Shown piece by piece: positions 54,387-64,000 of a DNA stretch of 64,000 nt. Origin of the DNA: Candidatus Coproplasma sp. (lineage in GTDB: Bacteria > Bacillota > Clostridia > Christensenellales > Borkfalkiaceae); contig JBJFGI010000041.1 of the NCBI GenBank assembly GCA_051892535.1, positions 20,585-84,584 of the forward strand. The letters run 5' to 3'. How positions within the stretch are numbered: the stretch's first letter is position 1; each line of letters starts with the position of its first letter. The notes beneath the pieces are model-generated. The model was not told the origin of the DNA, made no database searches, and worked only from the letters and a program-made list of their open reading frames with translations. The position numbers were made by a program, and so were the translations under genes.

Positions 54387-56534
54387 TTATAATACGGGGT
54401 TTTCCGCATGGCCTTGCGTGTGGTTTTTATAGGTCGAGGGCGGTACGGTTTTTTCAGTCAATACCCCCGTGAAAGGAGTACGGGTTGCAAGGTCTGCACA
54501 GTTGTAAATTTCGAAACGGCAACCGTTTTGAGGATAGTTGACCTCGTAACGGCGCAGGGGGAATTCCCTGCCGTTTTCGTCGGTTAAGGTGTAAAGCCTT
54601 TTTCTGTCGCAGTCCCTGCACGTCCTGGAAAAAGGACAGTAGATTAAGTCCATAACCTTTATATCGCCGCCGATGAGATAGAAGGTGTTGCTCTGCGCAA
54701 GCGGCTTTGCCTCTGCAACCGAAAGCTCCTTGGAAAGAGAGATATAATCGGCAGGACAAAGGGAAACAGAAATGCTGTTGGATAGGTTAAACCCCACCCC
54801 TGCAAACAGCTTTTTGTTTAGCTGTCGGGCAAGCTCTACAGCGTAATTACCCCCGCAATATATGCCGTCGAACGGGGTTATGAGCGGTATTAATCCCTCT
54901 ATATCCTCACCCGAAAGATAGGGCGGAAGATAGATGAATTTTTCACCTTTAAAGCCCTCAAGCTTTGCGAATAAATCACCTGAATATACGGTGGGTTTGA
55001 GCACTGCAATATCCGCATTTACGCCCTTGAAGTCCTCTGAAATAACGCAGGTTAAGGCGTTCTTTACGGGGTTTGCCGCCGCAGGAAGGGGTTTAACCTG
55101 CTCTATAAGAGGGTTTGTATTTGCCGTCTGACTTGCAAAATAACCTGCGTAAGCCTGTCTGCGGAAGGCGTTCAATTTTGAAACGGGGATAAACGACTTG
55201 CCGTCGGTTGCAACCTCTCCGAAGCTGACCGAAAAGGGATAGTTGTCAATCCTGGAAAAGTTTTTTATTATATCCTCCTGCGAGGTGGGGCGGCTCTGCG
55301 CCTGCTCACAGATAAAGTCTGCAACGAAAGTCTGTCCGTCTATCGTCGCTACGGGTGCCTGACCTGCGTTTACGCTTACTTCGACAAAAATTTTACAGGT
55401 GCGTGTTGCGCTTAAAAGCCTACTGTTTAACGCCGTATCGGTCGTGATAAACGCCTTGTCTCCGTTTTTAAGCCTTGCAGAGCTCTTCAACTCTATTCCG
55501 CCCTTGACCTGAGAGGAATAGTAAGCTCCGCAAATCTCCTCCCCTCCCCTTAAGATTTTGAAGCCGTCGCCCTCGCTGAATCGGGCTGAGGTGCGGACTA
55601 TGAACCTGCCGTTTTCCACGGATACGGTGCCGACAAACTCGCCTATATGCCCCTGAACGGCGGAGGAGAGAAAGCTCTTATCCTGACCGAATGCAAGCCC
55701 TTTTGTGTAATTACCCCTGTTATATGTGCGTTTTAACGCAGAGAGCTGAGCCTTCGCCTCACGCCCTTCAAGCAGGGTTTTATAGTAATTTACCGCTGCG
55801 GCTACGTACTCGGGTCGACGCATACGCCCCTCGATTTTAAAGGAGGCGACGCCTGCGTCAACCAACTTTTCTATGCTCTCGCCGACGGATAAATCGGATA
55901 AGGAGATGCGGTAGGCGTACAAGTCATAGTTTTTGCGGTTGATTTTATACTTCTTTCTGCAGGGCTGTTTGCACTTACCCCTGTTGCCCGAGTTTCCGCC
56001 TGCAAAGGAGGAGAGATAGCACTGCCCTGAAAAACAGGTACACAGCGCACCCTGGACGAAAACTTCGGTTTCGATTATTTTCGCTATCTTTTCAACGTCT
56101 GCAAGCTTAGTTTCCCTTGCAAGTATTACCCTGTCAAAGCCCAGACTTTTTGCATATCTTGCGCCGTACTCGTTGCAGATACCTGCCTGCGTGGAGAGGT
56201 GCAAAACCATTTGCGGATACTCCCTTTTAAGGTAGGCACCTAAAAACAGGTCCTGAATTATTATTGCGCTTGCGCCTGCATTCCACACCCTGACGGCGGT
56301 TTGTACAAAACTTTCTAACTCGCTCTCCTTGACGAGGGTGTTCATTGCAACGTAGATTTTAACGCCGAAAAATTTAGCGTAGGAGATTAACCTTTCCAAA
56401 CTTTCAAAGTCGAAGTTCTGCGCAGAGCTCCTTGCAGAAAAGGCGGTTAAACCTAAATATATGGCGTTGCAACCTGCATTGATTGCGGTGTATGCGCTTT
56501 TTTCATCGCCTGCCGGGGCAAGAATTTCAATCAT
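54387..56534 (-). CDS. U32-family peptidase (long form)
   Basis: MIEILAPAG....A..AGCNAIYLG and the E.FVQGALC motif, 715 aa. Confidence 0.8.
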   Translation of the reverse strand: MIEILAPAGDEKSAYTAINAGCNAIYLGLTAFSARSSAQNFDFESLERLISYAKFFGVKIYVAMNTLVKESELESFVQTAVRVWNAGASAIIIQDLFLGAYLKREYPQMVLHLSTQAGICNEYGARYAKSLGFDRVILARETKLADVEKIAKIIETEVFVQGALCTCFSGQCYLSSFAGGNSGNRGKCKQPCRKKYKINRKNYDLYAYRISLSDLSVGESIEKLVDAGVASFKIEGRMRRPEYVAAAVNYYKTLLEGREAKAQLSALKRTYNRGNYTKGLAFGQDKSFLSSAVQGHIGEFVGTVSVENGRFIVRTSARFSEGDGFKILRGGEEICGAYYSSQVKGGIELKSSARLKNGDKAFITTDTALNSRLLSATRTCKIFVEVSVNAGQAPVATIDGQTFVADFICEQAQSRPTSQEDIIKNFSRIDNYPFSVSFGEVATDGKSFIPVSKLNAFRRQAYAGYFASQTANTNPLIEQVKPLPAAANPVKNALTCVISEDFKGVNADIAVLKPTVYSGDLFAKLEGFKGEKFIYLPPYLSGEDIEGLIPLITPFDGIYCGGNYAVELARQLNKKLFAGVGFNLSNSISVSLCPADYISLSKELSVAEAKPLAQSNTFYLIGGDIKVMDLIYCPFSRTCRDCDRKRLYTLTDENGREFPLRRYEVNYPQNGCRFEIYNCADLATRTPFTGVLTEKTVPPSTYKNHTQGHAENPVL

Positions 56535-57363
56535 TTTTATACCCGAATTTTCTGATTATATCAGCCACCGCACCCTCGTCGCAGGTGGGGGCAACGTAGG
56601 AAGCTATGCGTTTTAACTCCTCCTCGCCGTTGCCTACGGCACAGCCTAACCCTGCAACCTCTATCATAGATATGTCGTTTAAGTTGTCGCCGACGGCAAC
56701 CGTCTTTTCCATAGGGACGTTATACCTCTCGGCAATAAATTTAAGTGCTTCGCCCTTGGTTACGCCCAAAGGAGAAATTTCTATAAGCACTTTTGCACTG
56801 CAGGTTACGTCGAACTCGCCGCCCAAATCGGCTTTGATTTTTTCGTACAACGCCTGCCTTTCGTCCTGATGAACGAGCATTGCCACTTTGCAGAATTGCG
56901 GTTCGACCGTGGTTACAAAGCTTGACAGGGGAATATTAAGGTGCATTGACTTAATGCCGATAATCTTTTCGTATAAGTTCAAGTGCGGTTCGTCCTCGGG
57001 CAGGGTGGAATAAAAACCCTTATCCGAATAGAGCTGGATATTCTGGTTTAACGCCTCTAAATAGGAGCAGATTTTTTTCGCCTGTTGCTGCGTAAATACG
57101 GTATTTTTAATGAGTTCGCCCGTTGCGATATCTGCAATCTGACAGCCCTGAGAGGCGATAAGCAGACCGTTAAACCCCATTTCCCTCACCCTCGGCAAAA
57201 TGCTGGGTAGAATTCTGCCCGTACAAACGGCGAAAATTCCGCCCAGTTCAACATAGTTGTTGACCTCTTCCACCACAAAGGGAGGTACTTCGTTTTTAGA
57301 GTTTGCAAGCGTTCCGTCAAAGTCGGACACGATGAGTTTATAGTTTAATTGTTTCATAGTCAC
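56527..57363 (-). CDS. Cof-type HAD-IIB family hydrolase
   Basis: VSDFDGTL and GDNLNDISM motifs. Confidence 0.8.
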   Translation of the reverse strand: MTMKQLNYKLIVSDFDGTLANSKNEVPPFVVEEVNNYVELGGIFAVCTGRILPSILPRVREMGFNGLLIASQGCQIADIATGELIKNTVFTQQQAKKICSYLEALNQNIQLYSDKGFYSTLPEDEPHLNLYEKIIGIKSMHLNIPLSSFVTTVEPQFCKVAMLVHQDERQALYEKIKADLGGEFDVTCSAKVLIEISPLGVTKGEALKFIAERYNVPMEKTVAVGDNLNDISMIEVAGLGCAVGNGEEELKRIASYVAPTCDEGAVADIIRKFGYKND

Positions 57364-59174
57364 TTTAAATTATTGTTCAAATAGTCCTTAATCTTTTTTG
57401 CAAGCACAATTCCTATGCCTTCGGTTGAAGCTATCTCCTCCTCGGTGGCGTTCATTAAATTGCCGACGTTGGAGAACTTCTGCATCAACGCTATCGACTT
57501 TTGCTTGCCTACCCCGTCGATTTCGGCAAGTACGCTCTTCAATGCGTTTTTGGTGTGAATGGAGCGGAAATACGTCACGGCGAAGCGGTGCGCCTCGTCC
57601 CTTATTCGCTGAACCATTCTGAGCGAATAGTCGCTCTTAGGTATTTTAACGCTGTCTTCAAAGGCGGTAGTAAATATCTCCTCGTCCTGCTTGGCGATTG
57701 AAATTAAATCTATATCTTTAACGTTGAGCTCGTCGAACACCTGCTTGACCGAGGACAACTGACCCTTACCGCCGTCGATGACGATTAAGTCGGGTTTGGG
57801 GAACCTGTCCTCTTCCTCGGTGTTGAGTTTACTTAAACGGCGAAGCAGTACTTCCTTTAACGAGGCGAAGTCGTCTGCCCCCTCTACCGTCTTTATCTTA
57901 AATCTTCTGTACGAGGTCTTGTCCGCCTCCCCGTCGATAAACACGACCATCGAGGCAACCTTATCCACACCCGAAACGTTGGAGATATCGTAGCACTCCA
58001 TTCTGCGTGGATAGCGTGTTAAGCCCAACTGCTCCTGCAATCTTATGCAGGCGTTTACCGTCATGTCGTCCTTATGCTTTATTCTGTCCACCGACTTTTC
58101 TAAATAGTCGGCGACGTTTGCCCTTGCCATATCAAGCAGCTTTGCCTTTACGCCCTGCTTTGCGTAGGTTATGGTTATTGATTTGTTGAGCTTGTCTTTA
58201 AAGAATTTTTCGATTATCTCACCCTCGCAACAGTCCTCGACAATGAGCTCGGCAGGCGGCTCGTGGGCGGAGTAGTACTGCGTTATGAACGAGGTCAACG
58301 CCTCGCCGTCGGACAGGTGGGCGTCGTCTAAGGCAAAGGACGTGCCGCCCTGCATTATGCCCTTTCTCGTTACAAGCAGATTGACTGCGGAATATAACCC
58401 GTTCGTGGCGTATGCAATGACGTCGGCGTCGATGGGTTTGTTTATGGAGGTTATCCTCTTCGCCTCTAATTTAGAGAGCATTGCGAGCTTGTTTTTGTAG
58501 TCGAGCGCAAGTTCGAACGCCTCGTTCTCGGCGGCGGCGAGCATCTTCTCGGTTAAAATCTGCTGTGCCTTTGCGTAGTTGCCGTCTAAAAAGGACAGGG
58601 CAAGTTTAACTTTTTCTGCGTACTCCTCTTTGGAAATCTTGTGGGCGCAGGGGGCGCAACACTTGCCGATGTGGTAGTTTAAACACTCCCTTTTGGGCTT
58701 TGCGCCTATCGCCGTACGGCACAGCCTTACGCTGAAAAGCAGCTGACAGCACTCTAAAATATCCCTGTAGTTTATTCCGCCCATAAAGGGACCGAAGTAC
58801 TTGCAACCGTCCTTTTTAATTTTACGGGTGACGTAAAAGTTGGGGTACTCCTCCCTTAAGTCCACCTTGATATAGGGGTAGGTCTTGTCGTCCTTTAACA
58901 GTATGTTATATTTAGGTTTGTACTTCTTTATAAGGTTGTTTTCAAGGGCTAAAGCGTCTATCTCGGAAGCCGTTATAATGTAGTTGAAGTCGGCAATGTT
59001 CTCCACCATCTTTAAGACCTTTTCGGGCTTAGGCGAGGAGTGGAAATATTGGCGCACCCTGTTTTTGAGTACCCTTGCCTTGCCGACGTAGATGACGTTG
59101 CCGAACTTGTCCAGCATTATATATACGCCCGGGTTTTCGGGCAGAAGTTTTAACTTTTCCTTAACGACGTCCAT
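57360..59174 (-). CDS. uvrC: Excinuclease ABC subunit C
   Basis: A GIY-YIG domain (GVYIMLDKFGNVIYVGKA) with UvrBC-interaction, RNase H-like and HhH regions, 604 aa. Confidence 0.95.
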   Translation of the reverse strand: MDVVKEKLKLLPENPGVYIMLDKFGNVIYVGKARVLKNRVRQYFHSSPKPEKVLKMVENIADFNYIITASEIDALALENNLIKKYKPKYNILLKDDKTYPYIKVDLREEYPNFYVTRKIKKDGCKYFGPFMGGINYRDILECCQLLFSVRLCRTAIGAKPKRECLNYHIGKCCAPCAHKISKEEYAEKVKLALSFLDGNYAKAQQILTEKMLAAAENEAFELALDYKNKLAMLSKLEAKRITSINKPIDADVIAYATNGLYSAVNLLVTRKGIMQGGTSFALDDAHLSDGEALTSFITQYYSAHEPPAELIVEDCCEGEIIEKFFKDKLNKSITITYAKQGVKAKLLDMARANVADYLEKSVDRIKHKDDMTVNACIRLQEQLGLTRYPRRMECYDISNVSGVDKVASMVVFIDGEADKTSYRRFKIKTVEGADDFASLKEVLLRRLSKLNTEEEDRFPKPDLIVIDGGKGQLSSVKQVFDELNVKDIDLISIAKQDEEIFTTAFEDSVKIPKSDYSLRMVQRIRDEAHRFAVTYFRSIHTKNALKSVLAEIDGVGKQKSIALMQKFSNVGNLMNATEEEIASTEGIGIVLAKKIKDYLNNNLK

Positions 59175-59283
59175 AATAACTCATTCTCCATTATAGCACA
59201 TTATAACGGCTTTTGCAATATGGAAAAGCGTAAAAAAATCCCTTTTACATAAAATGCAAAAGGGACTTGAAATCTTCTTTTTA

Positions 59284-59745
59284 TCAGACAGCCAACAAAA
59301 CACCGCCGTACGAAATACCGATAAGGATAATTACAAAGTAAAATACGCATACCAACGCTATCAGACCGAAAAATACCGAAGAGAGAATTATACCCGTCCT
59401 TGAAAGGCTTTGGTTCTTTCCACTGCCCGTACGCTTTGCCTCGTTATTGGCGCATATGCTTAAAATAAGACCGATAAGCGGAGATAAGAAGGTGAATACA
59501 AAACCTAAAATGGTAAGCACAGAATAGCTGTCCGTAGCGGGATTATTAACCGTAGTCTGGGTTGTAGTCGTAGTGCGTCTGCCGCCGTTGCAATACTCCG
59601 ACTCGAACGTCTTTGAAGTACCGCTTTGGCTGTTGGCGTTTTGCGTGCCTTGGTCTGCATCGGGCGTATACACCCTCTTTCCGCAAACAGGGCAGAAAAC
59701 GGCTTCATCGGAAATCTGCTTTCCGCAAAAGGGACAATATTTCAT
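59284..59745 (-). CDS. Zinc-ribbon membrane protein, function unknown
   Basis: N-terminal CPFCG....CPVCG, a T/Q/N-rich linker and two C-terminal TM helices. Confidence 0.5.
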   Translation of the reverse strand: MKYCPFCGKQISDEAVFCPVCGKRVYTPDADQGTQNANSQSGTSKTFESEYCNGGRRTTTTTQTTVNNPATDSYSVLTILGFVFTFLSPLIGLILSICANNEAKRTGSGKNQSLSRTGIILSSVFFGLIALVCVFYFVIILIGISYGGVLLAV

Positions 59746-59777
59746 ATTTTCACCTATTATTTACACTTTAAAATAAA

Positions 59778-61205
59778 TTAATATGCCCTTGCAAAATAGA
59801 CGGTGTGTTTTGCCTTTTTGCCGCAGACTGCGCAAGTCTCGTCTGAAAGCTCGTCACGCATAACCCTTGCGGTGGCGGCGGTTTCAGCCTTGATTTTATC
59901 CTCGCACTCCCTGCAGCCGCACCAGCCGGCTAAGACGAAGTTGCCGCCCTCTACGCCTGCAAGTATGCCTGCCATATCGTTAGCCTTGACTATCCTTTCG
60001 TCTCTCCTTGCCCTTGCAGCCGTCAACATATCCGCCTGAATTGTATCAAGGAGGGCTTTAACCGTCTCTTCAATGCCGTCTAACGCACACTCGTTCTTTT
60101 CACAGGTATCCCTGCGGAAGAGCATAGCCTTGCCCGCCTCGATATCACGGGGACCTATCTCCACTCTTACGGGTACGCCCTTCATCTCCCACTCGTTGAA
60201 CTTCCAACCGGGGGAGTTATCGGTATCGTCTAAAACCACCCTGACGCCTGCCTTTTCCAAAAGGGCTTTAACTTCGGCACACTTTTCTAAAACGCCGGGC
60301 TTCTTTGCTGCGATGGGCACGATGACAGCCTGGTAAGGCGCAACCTTGGGGGGAAGAACCAGACCTCTTGCGTCGCCGTGTGCCATAATAACCGCACCTA
60401 TCATACGGGTGGAAGTACCCCAGCTGGTGGTGTAGGCGTATTTCTGTACGCCGTCTTTATCCAAAAACTTAATGTCGAACGCCTTTGAGAAATTCTGACC
60501 GAGGTAGTGAGAGGTGCCTGACTGTAAGGACTTGCCGTCCTTCATCATTGCCTCCATACCGTAGGTTGCAACCGCACCGGCAAACTTTTCCTTCTCCGTC
60601 TTTTTACCGCAGATTACGGGAATTGCTAAGACGTTCTCGGCAAATTCCTTATAGACCTCAAGCATCTTAACGGTCTCTTCCATTGCCTCTTCCTCGCTGG
60701 CGTGGCAGGTATGACCCTCCTGCCATAAGAATTCGGAGGTACGTAAGAAAGGACGGGTGGTCTTTTCCCAACGCATAACGTTAGCCCACTGGTTGATTAA
60801 TATAGGTAAATCCCTGTAGGACTGAAGCCATTTGGAATACATATTGCCGATAATGGTCTCGCTGGTGGGGCGGATTGCCAAAGGCTCCGCAAGCTCCTCA
60901 CCGCCGGCGTGGGTTACCACTGCAACCTCGGGAGCAAACCCCTCGACGTGCTCTGCTTCCTTGGTGAAAAAGCTCATAGGAATGAGCATGGGGAAATAAG
61001 CATTCTGAACCCCCGTCGCCTTAAAACGGGTATCCATTTCGTGCTGAATATTCTCCCAGATAGCGTAGCCGTAGGGACGAATGACCATGGTGCCCTTTAC
61101 GGGACCGTAGTCGACGAGCTGAGTCTTTTTACAGACGTCGGTATACCACTGGGGGAAGTCGGTTTCAATATCCGCAATATTTTCTACAAAAGTATCCTTT
61201 GCCAT
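59778..61205 (-). CDS. proS: Proline--tRNA ligase (archaeal/eukaryal-like type)
   Basis: 475 aa with RPTSET, FRRD and a C-terminal zinc-binding tail ending FARAY. Confidence 0.9.
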   Translation of the reverse strand: MAKDTFVENIADIETDFPQWYTDVCKKTQLVDYGPVKGTMVIRPYGYAIWENIQHEMDTRFKATGVQNAYFPMLIPMSFFTKEAEHVEGFAPEVAVVTHAGGEELAEPLAIRPTSETIIGNMYSKWLQSYRDLPILINQWANVMRWEKTTRPFLRTSEFLWQEGHTCHASEEEAMEETVKMLEVYKEFAENVLAIPVICGKKTEKEKFAGAVATYGMEAMMKDGKSLQSGTSHYLGQNFSKAFDIKFLDKDGVQKYAYTTSWGTSTRMIGAVIMAHGDARGLVLPPKVAPYQAVIVPIAAKKPGVLEKCAEVKALLEKAGVRVVLDDTDNSPGWKFNEWEMKGVPVRVEIGPRDIEAGKAMLFRRDTCEKNECALDGIEETVKALLDTIQADMLTAARARRDERIVKANDMAGILAGVEGGNFVLAGWCGCRECEDKIKAETAATARVMRDELSDETCAVCGKKAKHTVYFARAY

Positions 61206-61331
61206 AATTCCTCTTTTTTAAATCAATATTTATAAAATTATATCACAAGCTATATAAAAAATAAAGTGTTTAAACGCAGGATAATAAAAATTTTACTACG
61301 CTATTTTAGGCGAATTTTGAGGTATAAACAG

Positions 61332-61360
61332 TTGTAATATGCTTGAGTTTATTGTATAAT
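61332..61360 (+). promoter_or_regulatory. Sigma-A type promoter of the phosphohexomutase gene
   Basis: TTGTAA at 61332-61337, a 17-nt spacer, then TATAAT at 61355-61360. Confidence 0.5.
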
Positions 61361-61387
61361 ATATGTACTATGGAAAGAAAATCGTAT

Positions 61388-62887
61388 ATGCACTTAAAAA
61401 GCGGCAGCGACGTAAGAGGCGTTGCCGTTGCAACCGAACAAGACGAGATAACCTTAACCCGTGAAGCGTTAGGGGATATTACCCGTGCATTTTTAAAATG
61501 GCTTAGCGTTAAGAGCGGTAAAAAGTCGTTGAAGATCGCTATCGGATACGATTGCAGAATTTCTAACGAAGTAATCTTTTCTATCGTTAAGGCTACAACC
61601 CTATCCTGCGGATGCGACGTGGTGGAGTGCGGGTTAAGCACTACCCCCTCTATGTTTATGCTGCTCAAGGACAAAAACTGGGGGTGCGACGCCTCGGTTA
61701 TGATAACCGCCTCCCACCTCCCCTACTATATGAACGGGCTGAAGTTCTTTACACCCGACGGAGGGTTGAGCGGAAGCGAGATAAGCGCTATACTCTCCTA
61801 CGCCGAAGAGGGCGCAAGCCTGCCTTGGGGAGAGGGTAAGTCAACCAAAAAACCCTATATGAACGTCTACTGCAACCATCTTGTTGAGACGGTAAGAAAT
61901 GCTTGCGGTACCGATATGCCCTTATTCGGCAGGGTTATCGTTGTTGACGCAGGCAACGGCGTGGGCGGATTCTTTGCAAGCAAGGTGTTAAAACCTTTGG
62001 GCGCAATCACCTCGGGCAGCGTTAACCTCTGCCCCGACGGAAGGTTCCCCGCTCACATTCCCAACCCCGAACTGCCCGAGGCAATGGAGGCGTTAAAACG
62101 TGCCGTACTCTTTTCAAAAGCTCAGCTGGGCATCTCCTTCGATACCGACGTCGACAGGGCGGCAATCGTAGACGGCGACGGCAACCCCATTAACAGGGAT
62201 AAGCTCATCGCACTCATTTCCGCAACCATTTTGCAGGAGCGTGAGGCAACCATAGTAACCGACAGCGTGACGAGCGACGGTTTATCCAAATTTATCGCCA
62301 ACCATGGAGGTAAACACGTCAGGTTCAAGAGGGGTTATAAAAACGTCATCGACGAGGCTGTGCGCCGCAACGCAAACGGCGAGTACTGCCCCATTGCCAT
62401 TGAGACGAGCGGTCACGCTGCGTTTATTGAGAATTACTTCTTAGACGACGGAGCGTACCTCATCTGTAAGCTTTTGGTGACTTTCTGCAATCAGGCAGCT
62501 AAAAAGCAGAAGCTCGGCGATTTGATTGAAACGCTTGAACTGCCCGTTGAGGAACACGAAATCCGCTTGAAGTTTACACCCGACTGCGAAAACTTTAAAG
62601 AAGAGGGCGAGAGAATTTTAAGGGAGCTTACCTTCTTTACTCAAGCCGATTCAAGGGTGGAGTTCGTGCCTAACAGCTACGAGGGAGTCAGGGTTAACTT
62701 CCGCAAAGGCGACGGCGACGGCTGGATGCTTATCCGCCAGAGCGTACACGACCCCGTTCTGCCCGTAAACTTTGCAAGCCTTTCAGTTGGCGGCGATAAG
62801 CTTATGGCAAAGTATTTATACACCTTTGCCGTCAAATATCCCCACCTCGACGTGAGTGCGTTGGAAGCTTTTTTAAACAGGGAATAA
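61388..62887 (+). CDS. Alpha-D-phosphohexomutase (phosphomannomutase/phosphoglucomutase family)
   Basis: LKSGSDVRGVA, the active-site loop TASHLP and the metal loop FDTDVDR. The start is ambiguous (61343, 61370 or 61388). I prefer 61388 because the predicted promoter overlaps the earlier ATGs. Confidence 0.75.
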   Translation: MHLKSGSDVRGVAVATEQDEITLTREALGDITRAFLKWLSVKSGKKSLKIAIGYDCRISNEVIFSIVKATTLSCGCDVVECGLSTTPSMFMLLKDKNWGCDASVMITASHLPYYMNGLKFFTPDGGLSGSEISAILSYAEEGASLPWGEGKSTKKPYMNVYCNHLVETVRNACGTDMPLFGRVIVVDAGNGVGGFFASKVLKPLGAITSGSVNLCPDGRFPAHIPNPELPEAMEALKRAVLFSKAQLGISFDTDVDRAAIVDGDGNPINRDKLIALISATILQEREATIVTDSVTSDGLSKFIANHGGKHVRFKRGYKNVIDEAVRRNANGEYCPIAIETSGHAAFIENYFLDDGAYLICKLLVTFCNQAAKKQKLGDLIETLELPVEEHEIRLKFTPDCENFKEEGERILRELTFFTQADSRVEFVPNSYEGVRVNFRKGDGDGWMLIRQSVHDPVLPVNFASLSVGGDKLMAKYLYTFAVKYPHLDVSALEAFLNRE

Positions 62888-62968
62888 CCGCATGCTACAC
62901 ACGTTTATCGTGCGGAAAGCGAATAAATTCAAAAATATTTTAGATAATACTATAACAGGAGAAAAAAA

Positions 62969-64000
62969 ATGTCCGTACAACAAAAATGCGTTGACACGAT
63001 AAGAGTACTTTCAGCTGAAGCAATCGAAAAGGCTAAATCGGGTCACCCCGGCATCTGCCTCGGCGCTGCGCCTATCGGCTACGAGCTGTTTGCAGATCAC
63101 CTTTCGTTCAGCTACAAAAACCCCAACTGGGATAACAGAGACAGGTTTATTTTATCCGCCGGCCACGGCTCTATGCTCTTATATTCACTTATGCATATGT
63201 TCGGCTATGACGTTACGATGGAGGATATCAAGAACTTCCGTCAGCTCGGCGCTAAAACCGCAGGTCACCCCGAATACCGCAAGATTGCAGGTATCGAAAC
63301 CTCTACCGGCCCCTTGGGTCAGGGCGTTGCAAACGCAGTCGGCTTTGCCGTTGCAGAGGCACACCTTGCGGCTATATTCAATAAACCCGATTACCCCGTA
63401 GTAGATCACTTCACCTACGTGTTGACGGGCGACGGTTGCCTTGAGGAGGGTATCGGCTACGAGGCTTGCTCCTTTGCCGGTAACCAGAAGCTGGGCAAAC
63501 TCATATTGTTATACGATAGCAACGACATAACCATTGAAGGCGATATCTCCACCACCTTCTCCGAAGATACCGCAACCAGATTTATGGCTCAGGGTTGGCA
63601 GGTTATCAGGGTTAACGACGCAAACAATTTACCCCTTTTGAAGCTTGCAATCGAAAGGGCGAAGAGCGATCTTACAAGACCTTCGGTTATTATCTGCAAG
63701 ACCCAGATAGGCTACGGCTCGCCCTTAGTCGGCAGTGCGGACTGCCACGGCGCTCCCCTCGGCGAAGAGAACGTTAAACTTTTAAAGGAAACCCTCGGCT
63801 GGACGGAAGAACCCTTCACCGTTCCCGCAAGCGTTAAAGCTCACTGCATGGCGATTGCAGAGGAGAAGTGCAAGGCTGAGGAAGAGTGGAACGAGCTGTT
63901 TGCAGCTTACGAAAGAGAGTACCCCGCCCTCGCTGCACAGTATAAGCAGTTTATGAAGGGTGTGGTTGACTTTAACGCCATCGACGGCTTGTACGACTTT
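62969..64000 (+). CDS. tkt: Transketolase, N-terminal 344 codons (3' end lies outside the window)
   Basis: This ORF is absent from the supplied track because it runs off the right edge. It has an AGGAGA SD followed by MSVQQKCVDTIRVLSAEAIEKAKSGHPG, RDRFILSAGHGSMLLYSLMHMFGY and GHPE. Confidence 0.9.
   Translation, partial: MSVQQKCVDTIRVLSAEAIEKAKSGHPGICLGAAPIGYELFADHLSFSYKNPNWDNRDRFILSAGHGSMLLYSLMHMFGYDVTMEDIKNFRQLGAKTAGHPEYRKIAGIETSTGPLGQGVANAVGFAVAEAHLAAIFNKPDYPVVDHFTYVLTGDGCLEEGIGYEACSFAGNQKLGKLILLYDSNDITIEGDISTTFSEDTATRFMAQGWQVIRVNDANNLPLLKLAIERAKSDLTRPSVIICKTQIGYGSPLVGSADCHGAPLGEENVKLLKETLGWTEEPFTVPASVKAHCMAIAEEKCKAEEEWNELFAAYEREYPALAAQYKQFMKGVVDFNAIDGLYDF

Overview
This 64-kb window is a chromosomal core region from an endospore-forming Firmicute that looks Clostridia-like. 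The evidence is spoIIGA-sigE-sigG, spoVAC, a YlmC/YmxH-type gene and a long Bacillus-type SRP RNA. I call about 63 CDS, and more than 80% of them lie on the minus strand. Almost all are housekeeping genes: pth-mfd, prs, tadA, rlmH, class I fumarate hydratase, aspS, dnaG-sigA-trmK-nif3, aroKQEBC, acpP, tex, mutS2, uvrC, proS and tkt. I recognised no phage, IS, CRISPR array, toxin-antitoxin or known defence system. The unusual content is RNA- and repeat-level. (1) The pyruvate formate-lyase gene is split exactly in front of its glycyl-radical domain into a 676-aa ORF and a 76-aa ORF with its own Shine-Dalgarno (SD) sequence and ATG. (2) The 266-nt spacer that splits it belongs to a structured repeat family of about 230 nt, with at least three copies in the window: 13.7-13.96 kb, 40.07-40.33 kb and 43.70-43.90 kb. 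Each copy begins 14-29 nt after the stop codon of an upstream gene. Two copies carry a 130-nt core with 122/130 identical positions that folds into a long hairpin. Two copies bracket the pflA-trx-pflB module as direct repeats. (3) A ZTP (pfl-motif) riboswitch with a terminator expression platform precedes pflA. (4) aspS has a roughly 450-nt leader that I could not classify. Other oddities are partially duplicated terminator arms flanking a GntR-ABC module and several proteins with low-complexity or repeat tails. All functional calls come from reading the translated ORFs and motifs by eye. No database search was run.
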